Shown here piece by piece: positions 1-11,772 of a stretch of 64,000 nucleotides of DNA. Position 1 is the stretch's first letter, and each line of letters opens with the position of its first letter. This DNA comes from Anaeramoeba ignava BMAN (taxonomy: Eukaryota; Protista; Anaeramoebae). Under the pieces are notes generated by a model that was not told the origin of the DNA, searched no databases, and saw only the letters and a program-made list of their open reading frames with translations. The position numbers were made by a program, and so were the translations under genes. The stretch is taken from the NCBI GenBank assembly GCA_028826165.1, contig JAPDFW010000125.1, positions 744,001-808,000 of the forward strand, read 5' to 3'.

Positions 1-586
1 AATCCAACTTTTCGAATCTAAATTCAAAGAATTTTTTGGATTTACAACATCAACAATAACACAAACAAAACTAAAACCGATTTTGTCATTAAAAACAGAA
101 GTGAATTTAATTCTTTATTTTCGTTTAAGAGATTTGCTTAACGAAAAATTTTTGCCTTCACCAATTCAAAAAAGTCAAAATTCATCACCAACATTAACAC
201 CAAATAAACAGTTAAAAAATTTAGCTTTTAGTCCACTTTCTAGTGTTGAAAAACGATCTTCACGAACTCATTCTTCTTATATTGTTGAAGTGATCAAGTC
301 AAAAAATCTACTTTCAACAACACGCAGGCAAAATCAAATTAAGTCCCGAATAGAAAAAATTCGGACAGTTCAAAAATCTTTTGTAAATAAATACCCAGAA
401 TATTCCGACTTTGTTGAGTCTTATATTAATGAACAAAATGAACTTTTTTCTTCTGTTTCTGAAAATCTTTCTCAACTTGATTCAACCAAACCTAAAATTA
501 CTCGTTCATTGCCTTCACGTAAAAGTTCTCGCAGAAAAACATTCACACTTGCAAGAAAGGAATTATTTTCAATTCTTGATAATTGA
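1..586 (+). CDS. Hypothetical basic/Ser-rich protein, 3' part (5' end outside window)
   Basis: Frame is open from position 2 to TGA at 584-586; coding-like composition; no recognisable domain. Confidence 0.55.
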   Translation, partial: IQLFESKFKEFFGFTTSTITQTKLKPILSLKTEVNLILYFRLRDLLNEKFLPSPIQKSQNSSPTLTPNKQLKNLAFSPLSSVEKRSSRTHSSYIVEVIKSKNLLSTTRRQNQIKSRIEKIRTVQKSFVNKYPEYSDFVESYINEQNELFSSVSENLSQLDSTKPKITRSLPSRKSSRRKTFTLARKELFSILDN

Positions 587-723
587 ATAATTTAAAGAAA
601 AAGAAAGAAAAAATTAAAAGGAATTATTTTGTAATAAATAAAAAGAAAGAAAAAATTACTAAAAAATATTAAAAATTATTAAAATTTTTATATTTAAAAA
701 GAATTAAAAAAATTTTTTTTTTC

Positions 724-951
724 ATTTTTTCTTTTGCACAAAGAGGCACATCTTTATATATTTTGTGTGAAGATGTTTAAGCGTTGTGCTAAACACTAAA
801 AATTCAAGCACCATCTTCGTAGGGTCTCTTAAATCCATTGACGATTATGATTTAAGGGTAGTGTGCTTGTATTTTTTGAAGGACCAGTCTGAAAGTTATT
901 TTTATATTATTTTTATAATATGAATTTGTGATAACTTTCCGTAAAACCTTC
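724..951 (+). ncRNA. Candidate structured ncRNA: three hairpins with an Sm-like site (snRNA/SL/snoRNA-like)
   Basis: Stems GCACAA736/TTGTGC789 + ACATCTT/AAGATGT; CAAGCAC805/GTGCTTG869 + CTCTTAAATC/GATTTAAGGG; GAAAGTTATT891/GATAACTTTC939. G-U pairs favour the + strand; ATTTTTTGA at 871-879; TTCATTTT initiator-like element at 721. Confidence 0.55.
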
Positions 952-954
952 GAA

Positions 955-1310
955 AATTTTTTTAAATGAATTTTTAAATAAATTTTAAATAAATTTTTAA
1001 ATAAATTTCTAAATAAATTTATAAATAAATTTTAAATAAATTAATAAATAAGTTTATAAATAAATTTATAAATAAATAAATAAATTTTTAAATAAATTTA
1101 TAAATAATTTTCTAAATAAATTTGTAAATAAATTTTTAAATAAATTGTAAATAAATTTTTAAATAAATTTGTAAATAAATTTCTAAATAATTTGTAAATA
1201 AATTTCTAAATGAATTTCTAAATAAATTTATAAATTAATTTTTAAATTAATTTTTAAATAACTTTTTAAATAAATTTGTAAATAATTTATTAAATAAATT
1301 TTTAAATGGA
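955..1310. repeat. AT-only minisatellite (TAAATAAATTT-type, 12-13 nt units)
   Basis: Degenerate tandem TAAATAAATTT(T/A/C/G)TA units, visible directly. Confidence 0.8.
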
Positions 1311-1429
1311 TTTGAAATGAATTGTTCTTTTATTCGATTGCTTTAAATTTGAATTAAATTTGAATTAAATTTGAATTGAAAAAAAAAAGTTCTCTTTTCT
1401 GTTCTTATTTTTTTTTAAATTGGTTTGAT

Positions 1430-2365
1430 TTATTTCTTCTCATCAAAAACATCAATTCCCCAAAGATCCAAAGGACGAATAAATCTAAAATGTTTATCCA
1501 AATCAGAAATAGCTTTAAACTGTTCATCACTAAGTTTAAGATTAAGAGCATTAAAATTATCAAGTAAATGATTTTTAGAACTGCTTCTTGGGATAACAAT
1601 AACACCACGAATCATGTTCCATTTCAAAACAATTTGAGCAGGAGAAACATTAAGATCTTGAGCCATTTGAAGAATAACAGGATCTTTTAAAAGAACTGGA
1701 TCTTCAGGACGTTTTAAATGGGCGGTTCCCAACGGACTATAAGCAGTAATATTGATACCCTTTGATTTGCAATAAGAAACCAATTCATTCTGTGCAAGAT
1801 AAGGATGGTTCTCAATTTGGTTCATTGCCGGCTTGATTTTTGCCTGGTCAAAAATTTCCTCAATATGTTTTTCAGTGAAATTGGAAACTCCAATTGATTT
1901 GACAAGTCCTTGATCCACAAGTGATTCCATTGCCTTCCAAGTTTCAATCAAAGGAATGTCAACGGTTTTGATTGTTTTGTTGTCTTCTTCCATCGGAGCA
2001 AGATCCTCTTTTTCATTCTTGAACCAGGCAAGTGGCCAGTGCATCAAATAAAGATCCAAATATTCACACTGGAGATCCTTTATTGATTTTTTGCATATTT
2101 CAATAACGTCTTTTGGATCGTGATAAATGTTCCATAATTTGGATGTGATCCATATCTCTTCCCGTTTGATTTTCCCGTTTTTGATTAATTCTTGAAGTGC
2201 ATCTCCTATTGCTTTTTCGTTTAAATATCCTCCTGCGCAATCAAAGTGTCTATATCCTATTTCAATTGCATCTTTAATGACTTCCCCAATTTTGTCAGGT
2301 TGATTGATTGTTCCAAGTCCCATAATTGGTATTTCTTTTCCTGAAGAAAGTTTAACTGTTGTCAT
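1430..2365 (-). CDS. Aldo-keto reductase (AKR1-like, NADPH-dependent)
   Basis: 311 aa; motifs GYRHFDCA, SKLWN, YLDLYLMHWP, IGVSNF, NQIENHPYL, AYSPLG; catalytic D/Y/K/H tetrad present. Confidence 0.95.
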   Translation of the reverse strand: MTTVKLSSGKEIPIMGLGTINQPDKIGEVIKDAIEIGYRHFDCAGGYLNEKAIGDALQELIKNGKIKREEIWITSKLWNIYHDPKDVIEICKKSIKDLQCEYLDLYLMHWPLAWFKNEKEDLAPMEEDNKTIKTVDIPLIETWKAMESLVDQGLVKSIGVSNFTEKHIEEIFDQAKIKPAMNQIENHPYLAQNELVSYCKSKGINITAYSPLGTAHLKRPEDPVLLKDPVILQMAQDLNVSPAQIVLKWNMIRGVIVIPRSSSKNHLLDNFNALNLKLSDEQFKAISDLDKHFRFIRPLDLWGIDVFDEKK

Positions 2366-2369
2366 TTTC

Positions 2370-3110
2370 TAAATTTATTTATTTGAATTTTGATTTAAAT
2401 TTATTTATGAATTTTGATTTGAATTTTGATTTGGATTTATTTATGAATTTATTTATGAATTTTGATTTGAATTTTGATTTAAATTTATATTAATTTATTT
2501 ATGAATTTTGATTTGAATTTTGATTTGGATTTATTTATTAATTTTGATTTGGATTTATTTATGAATTTTTATTTCAATTTTGATTTGAATTTATTTATAA
2601 ATTTTGTTTTGAATTTATTTATTAATTTATTGATAAATTTATTGATTAATTTTGATTTGAATTTATTTATTAATATTGATTTGAATTTATTTATTAATTT
2701 ATTTATGAATTTTGATTTGAATTTTGATTTGAATTTTGATTTGGATTTATTTATTAATTTTGATTTGGATTTATTTATGAATTTTTATTTCAATTTTGAT
2801 TTGAATTTTGATTTAAATTTATATTAATTTATTTATGAATTTTGATTTGAATTTTGATTTGGATTTTGATTTGGATTTTGATTTGGATTTTGATTTGGAT
2901 TTTGATTTGAATTTATTTATGAATTTTGTTTTGAATTTTGTTATGAATTTATTTATTAATTTTGATTTTAATTTATTTATTTCGATTTATATTTAAATTT
3001 TGATTTGAATTTATTTATGAATTTTGTTTTGAATTTTGTTATGAATTTATTTATTAATTTTGATTTGGATTTATTGTTTAATTTATATTTGAATTTTGAT
3101 TTGATTTATA
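2370..3110. repeat. Intergenic minisatellite (AATTTTGATTTG / AATTTATTTATG units)
   Basis: Degenerate tandem 12-mers; explains the spurious NFDL ORF at 2501. Confidence 0.85.
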
Positions 3111-3345
3111 AAAGAAAAAGGGAAAAAAGCAAAATTTTTTTTGATTTATTTTGTATTTTTAAGTTCTTAATTTAAATTACTTTTTATTTTTTTTTTTTGC
3201 TTTTCTTTTTTATAAATGTAATTGTTTGTAATCCAAATAAAAAATAAAAGAGAAAAATGAAAAAAAATGAAAAAAAATGAAAAAAAAAGAAAAATTTTAA
3301 AAAAGAAAAAAATTTTATTTTTCATTTTTTTTCTCTTTTTTTGCA

Positions 3346-4326
3346 ATGGAAAATCAATTAAAATATCGATCTATAAGTAAAACAATCCATAAAAAAATCC
3401 ACACAAAAAAAATAACGATTTAAAAACAACATTTACAAATAAAAAAAGCGTTAGAAAAAGTGGAAAATTTTCGAGAACTTCGATTTAACGAAAAAATCAA
3501 ACCAGGAATGATATACAGAAGCGCATCATTGGGAAATGCAAGCGAGAAAGATATAAAGGAATTAAAGCAACGAGTCAAGCTTATTATCGATCTTCGTAGA
3601 AGTGAAGAAATTGCAGTTGAACCAGGAGAACATAAAATTTATCAAGAATTTCCGTTTGAAGAAAAAAAAACGGAAGAAGAAAAAGAGGATCAAAATGAGA
3701 CATATTTTGATGTAGAGAAGAAATCAGCGATCCAAATGAGCATAATGACGGGGGACTTTTTTGAACGGGCTCTTAAAAAAGAGTCGCGAAAAGAAAAACT
3801 CAAAGTTGTCGGGATGAAGACATTTAATTTCCTTTCCTGTGGCGGCTGTTGCGGATTCTACAAAATGAACGTGAACGGGAAGATCTATCAGCTTGTGATG
3901 GGTGAGACAATTGGCACTTTTTATATCAAAGTTGTTGATTTTGCACAGTCCGAATTGAGACATGTTTTGATGCATTATACTCGAAAAGAGAACTATCCTA
4001 TCCTCGTCCATTGCTCATTGGGAAAGGACCGCACTGGTGTTATAGTTGCTTTGCTCTTGGCCATACTCGGCTTGTCTATTGACGTTATTGCTGAAGACTA
4101 CTCAAAAACCCGTCAACTTTTGTCAAAGGAAACTGTCGATATGATTAAAAAACATTGTGAAATTAAGAAAATTAATTTTGAGGATATTATTTCTTCTGAT
4201 GAATCTTTTATTCGAAATATGTTTAAACATATTGATGAGAAGTATAAAAGTTTGGATAATTATTTTGATACTATTGGAATTACTAAAAAATATCGAGATC
4301 AAATTCGGGAAATTTTATTAAATTAA
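3346..4326 (+). CDS. Tyrosine/dual-specificity phosphatase (Y_phosphatase3 / IphP-MptpB-like); exons 3346-3376, 3455-4326
   Basis: P-loop HCSLGKDRTG plus NFRE, YRSA, IDLR and EDYSKT motifs; ATG 3346 joins in frame through a GTAAAA...TTAG intron at 3377-3454. Confidence 0.88.
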
Positions 4327-4690
4327 AATTAAAATTCATTTATGAAATTAAAATTAAAATTCATTTATTAAATTAAAATTAAGATTCATTTATTAAATTA
4401 AAATTAAGATTCATTTATGAAATTAAAATTCAAATTCATTTATGAAATTAAAATTAAGATTCATTTATGAAATTAAAATTAAAATTAAATTAAAATTAAG
4501 ATTCATTTATGAAATTAAAATTAAAATTCATTTATGAAATTAAAATTAAAATTAAAATTAAATCAAAATTAAAATTAAAATTAAAATCAAAATCAAAATC
4601 AAAATCAAAATCAAAATCAAAATCAAAACTCAAAATTAAAATTAAAATTAAAATTAAAATTAAAATTAAAATTAAAATTAAAATTAAATG
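4327..4690. repeat. (AAATTA/AAATCA)n microsatellite with ATTCATTTATGA inserts
   Basis: Direct inspection. Confidence 0.85.
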
Positions 4691-4848
4691 AAAATTTTTT
4701 ATCCGATTTTTAATTTAATTCAAACAATACTTGATTTTTTTTTGAATTTAATTCAAAATCTGAAAGGAAAAAAAAGAGAAGAAAAAAAACTGTTTCTTTT
4801 TAAAAGTTAAAAAAAATTATTTAAAGAAAAAAAAAATGAAGTAAAACA

Positions 4849-7800
4849 TTAACTTGAAGAAAGAGGTTTAGCAATTTTTTCAAGAGATTGACCTTCAGAT
4901 TTAACACCAATAAAAAGTTCCAAAACGCCAGCAAAAACCATTAAAGAAGTAGCAAAAACATAACCCCAAAAAACTTTAATTCTTGATTTTGTTGAAACTA
5001 ATGCTCCAAATATAAAAGGTGAAATTATCCCTCCAAGTCCTGTTCCTGTGCTGTAAAAAAATGATATCGCTAATGCTCGTAATTCTAATGGAAATATTTC
5101 ACTAACAGTTAAATATGCACTACTTGCTCCTGCACTTGCTACAAAAAAAATTACTGCCCAACATAATGTCTTTTGATTTAAAATTAAAATTAAAATTCAT
5201 TTATTAAATTAAAATTAAAATTAAAATTAAAATTAAAATTAAAATTAAAATTAAAATTAAAATTAAAATTAAAATTAAAATTAAAATTAAAATTAAAAAT
5301 TAAAATTAAAATTAAAATTAAAATTAAAATTAAAATTAAAATTAAAATTAAAAATAAAATTAAAATCGGATAAAAATTAATATTAAAATTAAAATTTAAA
5401 ACTCAAATTAAAATTAAAATAAAAATTATTAAAATTAAAATTAAAATTAAAATTAAAATTAAAATTAAAATTAAAAATAAAATTAAAATTAAAAATTAAA
5501 ATAAAATTAAAATTAAAATTAAAATAAAAATTAAAATTAAAATTAAAATAAAATTAAAATTAAAATTAAAATTAAAAATTAAAATTAAAATTAAAAATTA
5601 AAATTAAAATTAAAATTAAAAATTAAAATTAAAATCGGATAAAAATTGAAATTAAAATTAAAATTAAAATTAAAATTAAAATTAAAATTAAAATTAAAAT
5701 TAAAATTAAAATTATTCAAAATTAAAATTAAAATTAAAATTAAAATTAAAATTAATATTAAAATTAAAATTAATATTAAAATTAAAATTAGAATTAAAAT
5801 TAAAAATTAAAATTAAAATTAATATTAAAATTAAAATTAAAATTAAAATTAAAATTAAAATTAAAATTTAATATTAAAAATCAAATTTAAAAATAAAATT
5901 AAAATTAAAATTAAATTTAAAAATAAAATTAAAATTAAAATCGGATAAAAAATTAAAATTAAAATTAAAATCGGATAAAAATTAAAAATAAAATTAAAAT
6001 TAAAATTAAAAATAAAATTAAAATTTAAATTAAAATTAAAAATAATATTAAAATTAAAATTAAAATTATTAAAATTAAAATTAAAATTAAAATTAAAATT
6101 AAAATTATAATTAAAAATAAAATTAAAATCGGATAAAAATTATTAAAATAAAATTAAAAATAATATTAAAATTAAAATTAAAATTAAAATCAATATTAAA
6201 ATTAATTTTGAAATTAAAATTAATACTTGAGTAATTGCATTAAGTTTATCTTCAAGAAAAAGAAAACTTGTAGCTAATAATAATAATCCTGATAAAATAT
6301 AAGTTCCAGAAATCATTGGAATTCGCCCAATTTTATCAAATAATTGTCCTCTTATTTTTTTTAAATTTTTGGTTAAATATAATTTTTCATTTATAAAATT
6401 CCAATTTAAATTAAGTTTCATTTCAATCAATATCTTGATTAATTACAATATAGTTGGTCCAAGAAAATTTCCAATACAAAAAAATATCAAATAAATTCCA
6501 ACTGAATCTGAATAAACATTATAAAATTTTTTCAAAACTAAAGCATATGTAAAAAATAATCCATTATAAAAAAAAGCTTGACCAATCATTAAACTAAGTC
6601 CTAAAATTGATTTTTTCTTATCAACTTTAAACATTCTTTTTGCTATTAATTTATATGAAGTTTTGAATCCTGGTGTTATTACAACAGGTTCTGCATCTTC
6701 TGGAATTGGAACTTCTGGTTTTTTTGCAAATACTTTTTTTTCAATTTCAGTAACAATTCTTTCTGCTTCTTCATTTCTTCCATGAATCATTAACCATCTT
6801 GGTGATTCTGGAAGTGTTCTTCTTAAACTGTTTGTTTTTTAAATGTTCAATATAAAAAGAAAATCCTTCAATAAAAATTGAAATTCTAATTCAAATTAAT
6901 GATATAAATTGATTGAATTAATACAAGTAAATTCCAATTCCCAGAACAAATCCTATTCCAAAAAAAATTCTCCATCCATAATTTGGTCCAATTAATGAAG
7001 TATTTAATAAAAGAAGTGATACAGATGCACCAAGAAGACCGCCTTATTTTTTGAATTTTGGATTTTGAATTTTTTGAATTTTTTGAATTTTCAATTTTAA
7101 AATAATTTACCTAACCAATATGATCCATTCTTGAATAGTTTTGAATTTTCGATTTTTTGTATTTTCAATTTAAATTTGATTTAGAATTTAAAATAAATTT
7201 CCTTACAACAAAAATATTAACTCTTCCACGAACAGCAGAAGGAATAAATTCATCAACAGTTGAATTAACAGAAGAATATTCACCTCCAATTCCAAATCCA
7301 ATAAACCAATTCCAAATCACAAATAATGGGAAATTTAACCCAAGAACAGCAGTGAATAAACTTGCAGTTGCATAAATAAAAGGTATTTTTGTAAATAATG
7401 CTCTTCTTCCATACTTATCAGACAAATACCCTAAAACTAAAGCTCCACATATTGCTCCACTAATATAAACTTATTAAATTATTTATAAAATTATTTATAA
7501 AATTATTTATAAAATTATTTATAAAATTATTATTAAAATTATTTATTAAAATTATTTATAAAATTATTATTAAAATTATTATTAAAATTATTATTAAAAT
7601 TATTATTAAAATTATTATTAAAATTATTATTAAAATTATTTATAAAATTATTATTGAATTTATTATTAAATTATTTATAAAATTATTATTAAATTTATTA
7701 TTAAATTTATTTATAAAATTATTTATAAAATTATTTATAAATTTATTTATAAAATTATTTATAAAATTATTTATAAAATTATTTATAAAATTAATTATAA

Positions 7801-8846
7801 AATTATTATTAAAATTAATTATAAAATTATTTATAAAATTATTATTAAAATTATTTATAAAATTATTTATAAAATTATTATTAAAAATTATTATTAAATT
7901 ATTATTGAAATTATTATTAAAATTATTATTAAAAATTATTTATAAAATTATTATTAAAATTATTATTAAAATTATTTATAAAATTATTTATAAAATTATT
8001 TATAAAATTATTATTAAAATTATTTATAAAATTATTATTAAAATTATTTATAAAATTATTTATAAAATTATTTATAAAATTATTTATAAAATTATTATTA
8101 AAATTATTTATAAAATTATTTATAAAATTATTTATAAAATTATTTATAAAATTATTATTAAAATTATTATTAAAATTATTATTAAAATTATTATTAAAAT
8201 TATTTATAAAATTATTATAAAAATTATTTATAAAATTATTATTAAAATTATTATTAAAATTATTTATAAAATTATTTATAAAATTATTTATAAAATTATT
8301 ATGGAAATAAATTGATTTTAAGATATTAACTTGTTCCAATTAAACCAATTTCAACATCACTAATTCCTAAAACATCACTTCTTGATAAAATTGTTCCAAT
8401 AACTGAAATTATTGTAACTTCCAGACCATCTAAAATCCAAGTCTAGAAAGAATTTAATATAAAAAAGAAAGAAATTATTGTTTAAAAAAAAGGGTTGAAT
8501 TGCATTCTAAAAAAAATTTTGTTACAATCTAAAAATTAAATGAATAAAAATAAATTGATAAATTGATAAATTGATAAATTGATAAATTGAATTAAATTCA
8601 AAAAGTTGAATTAAATATAAATTTCACCCCAAGAGCAACCATAACATGAACATGAAACCGAGAAAAAGGAAGACGATCAAGTCTTGCAGGAATCCAACTA
8701 CTAATTGTATTTTGATTAACTATTAAAGGTTCTTCTGCATTTTCATCATTATCAGTTCCTTCTGAAATCACTTCTGCTTCATTTTGATTTTCATTTTGAT
8801 TTTCTTTTTGATTTTCTTTTTGATTTTCTTCAGTGTTTTCATTCAT
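4849..8846 (-). CDS. MFS transporter (bacterial-like sugar/aromatic-acid porter), ~519 aa; exons 8846-8628, 8528-8526, 8442-8331, 7469-7207, 7129-7111, 7042-6925, 6827-6447, 6350-6227, 5169-4849
   Basis: All 8 introns are GT-AG and keep frame (1560 nt total). Spliced product has ARLDRLPFSRFH, LGITWILDGLEVT, SDKYGRR, GIGGEYSSVNSTVDEFIPSAVRGR, PESPRWL, FDKIGR, SEIFPLELRA. Confidence 0.9.
5170..6226. repeat. Intronic (AAATTA)n microsatellite with interspersed TCGGATA motifs
   Basis: Fills MFS intron 8; TCGGATA at about 5366, 5635, 5941, 5971, 6129. Confidence 0.85.
7470..8300. repeat. Intronic 12-mer minisatellite (AAAATTATTTAT/AAAATTATTATT)
   Basis: Fills MFS intron 3; source of the spurious KIIY/NNFI ORFs. 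Confidence 0.9.
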
Positions 8847-9199
8847 TTTTTTGTTTTAATATTTTTTTTTTATAAAAAAAAAGAAAAATGAAAAAATGAA
8901 AAATTGATCAAAATTTTTTTTTTCCGGCTTTTCTAAATAAAAAAAAATAAAATAAAAAAAATAAATTAAAAAATTTAATTAAAGATTAAATATCAAATGA
9001 CACTTTTATTTCCAAAATGAATTTTTTTTTTCAAATTTTCCTTTTGAATTTTTTTACAATTCAAAAACAAAAACAAAAACAAAAACAAAAACAAAAACAA
9101 ATCCAAAAAACAAAAACAAAAACAAAAACAAATCCAAAAAAAAAACAACAAACAAAACAAATGACTTATTTTTTTTGTCATTTGGATTAGAAAAAAAAA

Positions 9200-9751
9200 T
9201 CAATCATAATTTGACAATTTGTGTAACTGTTTAAATTTATGGTGATAAAACACAAAATGTTCAACAGGAAGTTGAAAAAGAGAAAAAATAAGGAAATTTT
9301 GTTTGTTTGTGATTCGAATATGTTTTGTTTTAAAACCAACTTGAATATAAGTTTTATCAAAAGCAAAATTCACAACTCTTTTTGCCAGATCAATTTTTAT
9401 TCCATTTTTAGATAAATAAAGAAACCCCCAATTTTTTTCAGGAAAATGAATTTGAATTTGATAAACAATTTCTTTTGTCAAATCATTTGGTTTTTTATAA
9501 CAATTTTCAGTTGAAAATTTTCTTTTTAAAAATTCTTTTGTTTGATCGAGTTGATCATTTTCAAAATCTTCTAAATCTGATGAATTAATACTAAAATCTT
9601 CAAAACTATCTGATGATTCTTGAAATATTAATTCGAAATTTTTTGTTTGTTTTGATTCTTCAATTTTTTCTTCATCTCTTTCAATTTCTGGTAAGAAATC
9701 ATTGGGAGAAACTTCAAAATCTGATGAAGAAAAACTACTTGAAAATAACAT
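9200..9751 (-). CDS. Hypothetical protein (acidic N-terminus, beta-rich C-terminus, possibly PH-like)
   Basis: 183-aa non-repetitive ORF with TTTCATTTT elements just upstream of the ATG. Confidence 0.65.
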   Translation of the reverse strand: MLFSSSFSSSDFEVSPNDFLPEIERDEEKIEESKQTKNFELIFQESSDSFEDFSINSSDLEDFENDQLDQTKEFLKRKFSTENCYKKPNDLTKEIVYQIQIHFPEKNWGFLYLSKNGIKIDLAKRVVNFAFDKTYIQVGFKTKHIRITNKQNFLIFSLFQLPVEHFVFYHHKFKQLHKLSNYD

Positions 9752-10034
9752 TGATCAATTAAAAAAAAAATGAAAAAAAAATGAAAAAAAAAAATTAAAA
9801 AAATAAAAATAAAAACAAAAGGAGAAAAATAAATAAATATTATTTTCTCCTTTTTAACTTCTCTAAAAATAAATAAAAAAAGAAAAAACCGATCAAATAA
9901 AAACTAAACTAACAAACAAAAATTAACAAACAAAAACAAAAATTAAAAATTTTATTTTTTTTTTTCACTTTTTTATTTTTTTTCTTGTTTCTTCTTTTTC
10001 TTTAATTTTTGAAAAGTTTTTTTTTCAACAAGAT

Positions 10035-11772
10035 ATGTCAAATCAATATAGAATTATTGTTTTAGGAGAAGGTGGTGTTGGAAAGAGTGCCGTTACTATT
10101 CAATTTTTGCAAAATCATTTTATAACTAAGTGAGCAAAATTTTTTATTCTTAATTGTCATTTTGAATAAAAAAAATTTTTCCAATTAAACTTTTCAATAA
10201 TAATTTTAACCCAAATTTTTAAATTAATTTTTTAACTTAAATTTCGAATAAAATTTTAACTTAAATTTTAACTTAAATTTCGAATTAAATTTTAACTTAA
10301 TTCCAACTCACAACTTCAAATTAAAATTAAAATTAAAATTCAAATTCAAATTCAAATTCAAATTCAAATTAAATATTAAAACTAAAATTAAAATTAAAAT
10401 TAAAATTCAAATTCAAATTCAAATTCAAATTAAAATTAAAATTAAAATTAAAATTCAAATTAAAATTCAAATTAAAATTTAAATTCAAATTCAAATTCAA
10501 ATTCAAATTAAAATCAAAATTAAAATTCAAATCAAATTCAAATTCAAATTAAATTTTAAAATTAAAATTTAAATTAAAATTAAAATTAAAATTCAAATTA
10601 AAATTCAAATTCAAATTCAAATTAAATATAAATTAAAATTCAAATCAAATTCAAATTCAAATTAAATTTTAAAATTAAAATTAAAATTAAAATTAAAATT
10701 AAAATTCAAATTAAAATTCAAATTCAAATTCAAATTCAAATTAAAATTCAAATTTAAATTCAAAATTAAAACTAAAATTTAAATTCATTTATAAAATTAA
10801 AATTCAAATTAAAATTAAAATTAAAATTCAAATTCAAATCAAAATTCAAATTAAAATTTAAATTCAAATCAAAATTCAAATTAAAATTCAAATTAAAATT
10901 TAAATTAAAATTCAAAATTAAAATCAAAATTAAAATTTAAATACAAATCAAATTCAAAATTCAAATTCAAATTCAAATTCAAATTCAAATTCAAATTCAA
11001 ATTCAAATTAAAATAGATATGAACCAACTCTTGAAGAGACATTCAGAAAGCAAATGGAAATTGATAGTGAGCAATGTATACTTGAAATTATTGATACTGC
11101 TGGACAAGAAGATTATTATTCAATGAGAGAAAGATATATTAAAACAGGAGAAGGTTTTCTCTTAGTTTATTCAATAATTTCAAAGACAACATTTGATAAA
11201 GTTAATCCTTTATTTGAATCAGTAATTTTCGAATTAAAAATTAAAATTAAATTAAAAATTAAAATTAAAATTCATTTAATAAAATTAAAATTAATATTAA
11301 AATTAAAATTAAAATTAAAATCAAAATTAATATTAATATTAAAATTAAAATTAAAATTCATTTATAAAATTAAAATTAAAATTAAAATTCATTTATTAAA
11401 TTATAAAATTAAATCAAAATTAAATTTAAAATTAAAATTAAATTTAAAATCATTTATAAAATTAAAATTAAAATTAAAATTAAATTTAAAATCAAAAATT
11501 AAAAGATTCAAAGAGTTAAAGAAAGTGATAAACCATCTGATACAGAATTAGTTATACCAGCAGTTTTAATTGGAAATAAATCAGATTTAAGTGATCAAAG
11601 AGCTGTTACAAAATCAGAAGGTGAAGAACTTGCAAAATCTTTTGGAATTCCATTCTTTGAAACTTCTGCTAAAACATCAACTAATATTAAAGAATGTTTT
11701 ACAACAGTTGTAAGAGAAATGAAAAAAATTCGCAAACCAAGTAAAAAAAAGCGATTTTGTTTCCTTTTATAA
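10035..11772 (+). CDS. ras: Ras-family small GTPase, 188 aa; exons 10035-10129, 11017-11221, 11506-11772
   Basis: [31 protein letters not shown]; C-terminal polybasic KKKRF + CaaX CFLL; two GT-AG introns keep frame. Confidence 0.93.
10310..11012. repeat. Intronic (AAATTC/AAATTA)n microsatellite
   Basis: Fills Ras intron 1. Confidence 0.85.

Noticed and set aside
584-951. SECIS element recoding the TGA of the first ORF
   Set aside because: No AUGA/GA quartet with apical AA in the hairpins, and a TAA follows two codons after the TGA.
5170-6226. Telomeric repeats or transposon
   Set aside because: No G-rich telomere unit, transposase, terminal inverted repeats or target-site duplication; the tract sits within a spliceable intron.
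7905-8339. Low-complexity ORFs (KIIY, NNFI, ILIL, KIKI, NFDL; also 2501, 4509, 18109, 31642, 31799, 37468, 39519, 39640)
   Set aside because: Translations of microsatellites in introns or spacers, or alternative frames of the lipin NQ tract.
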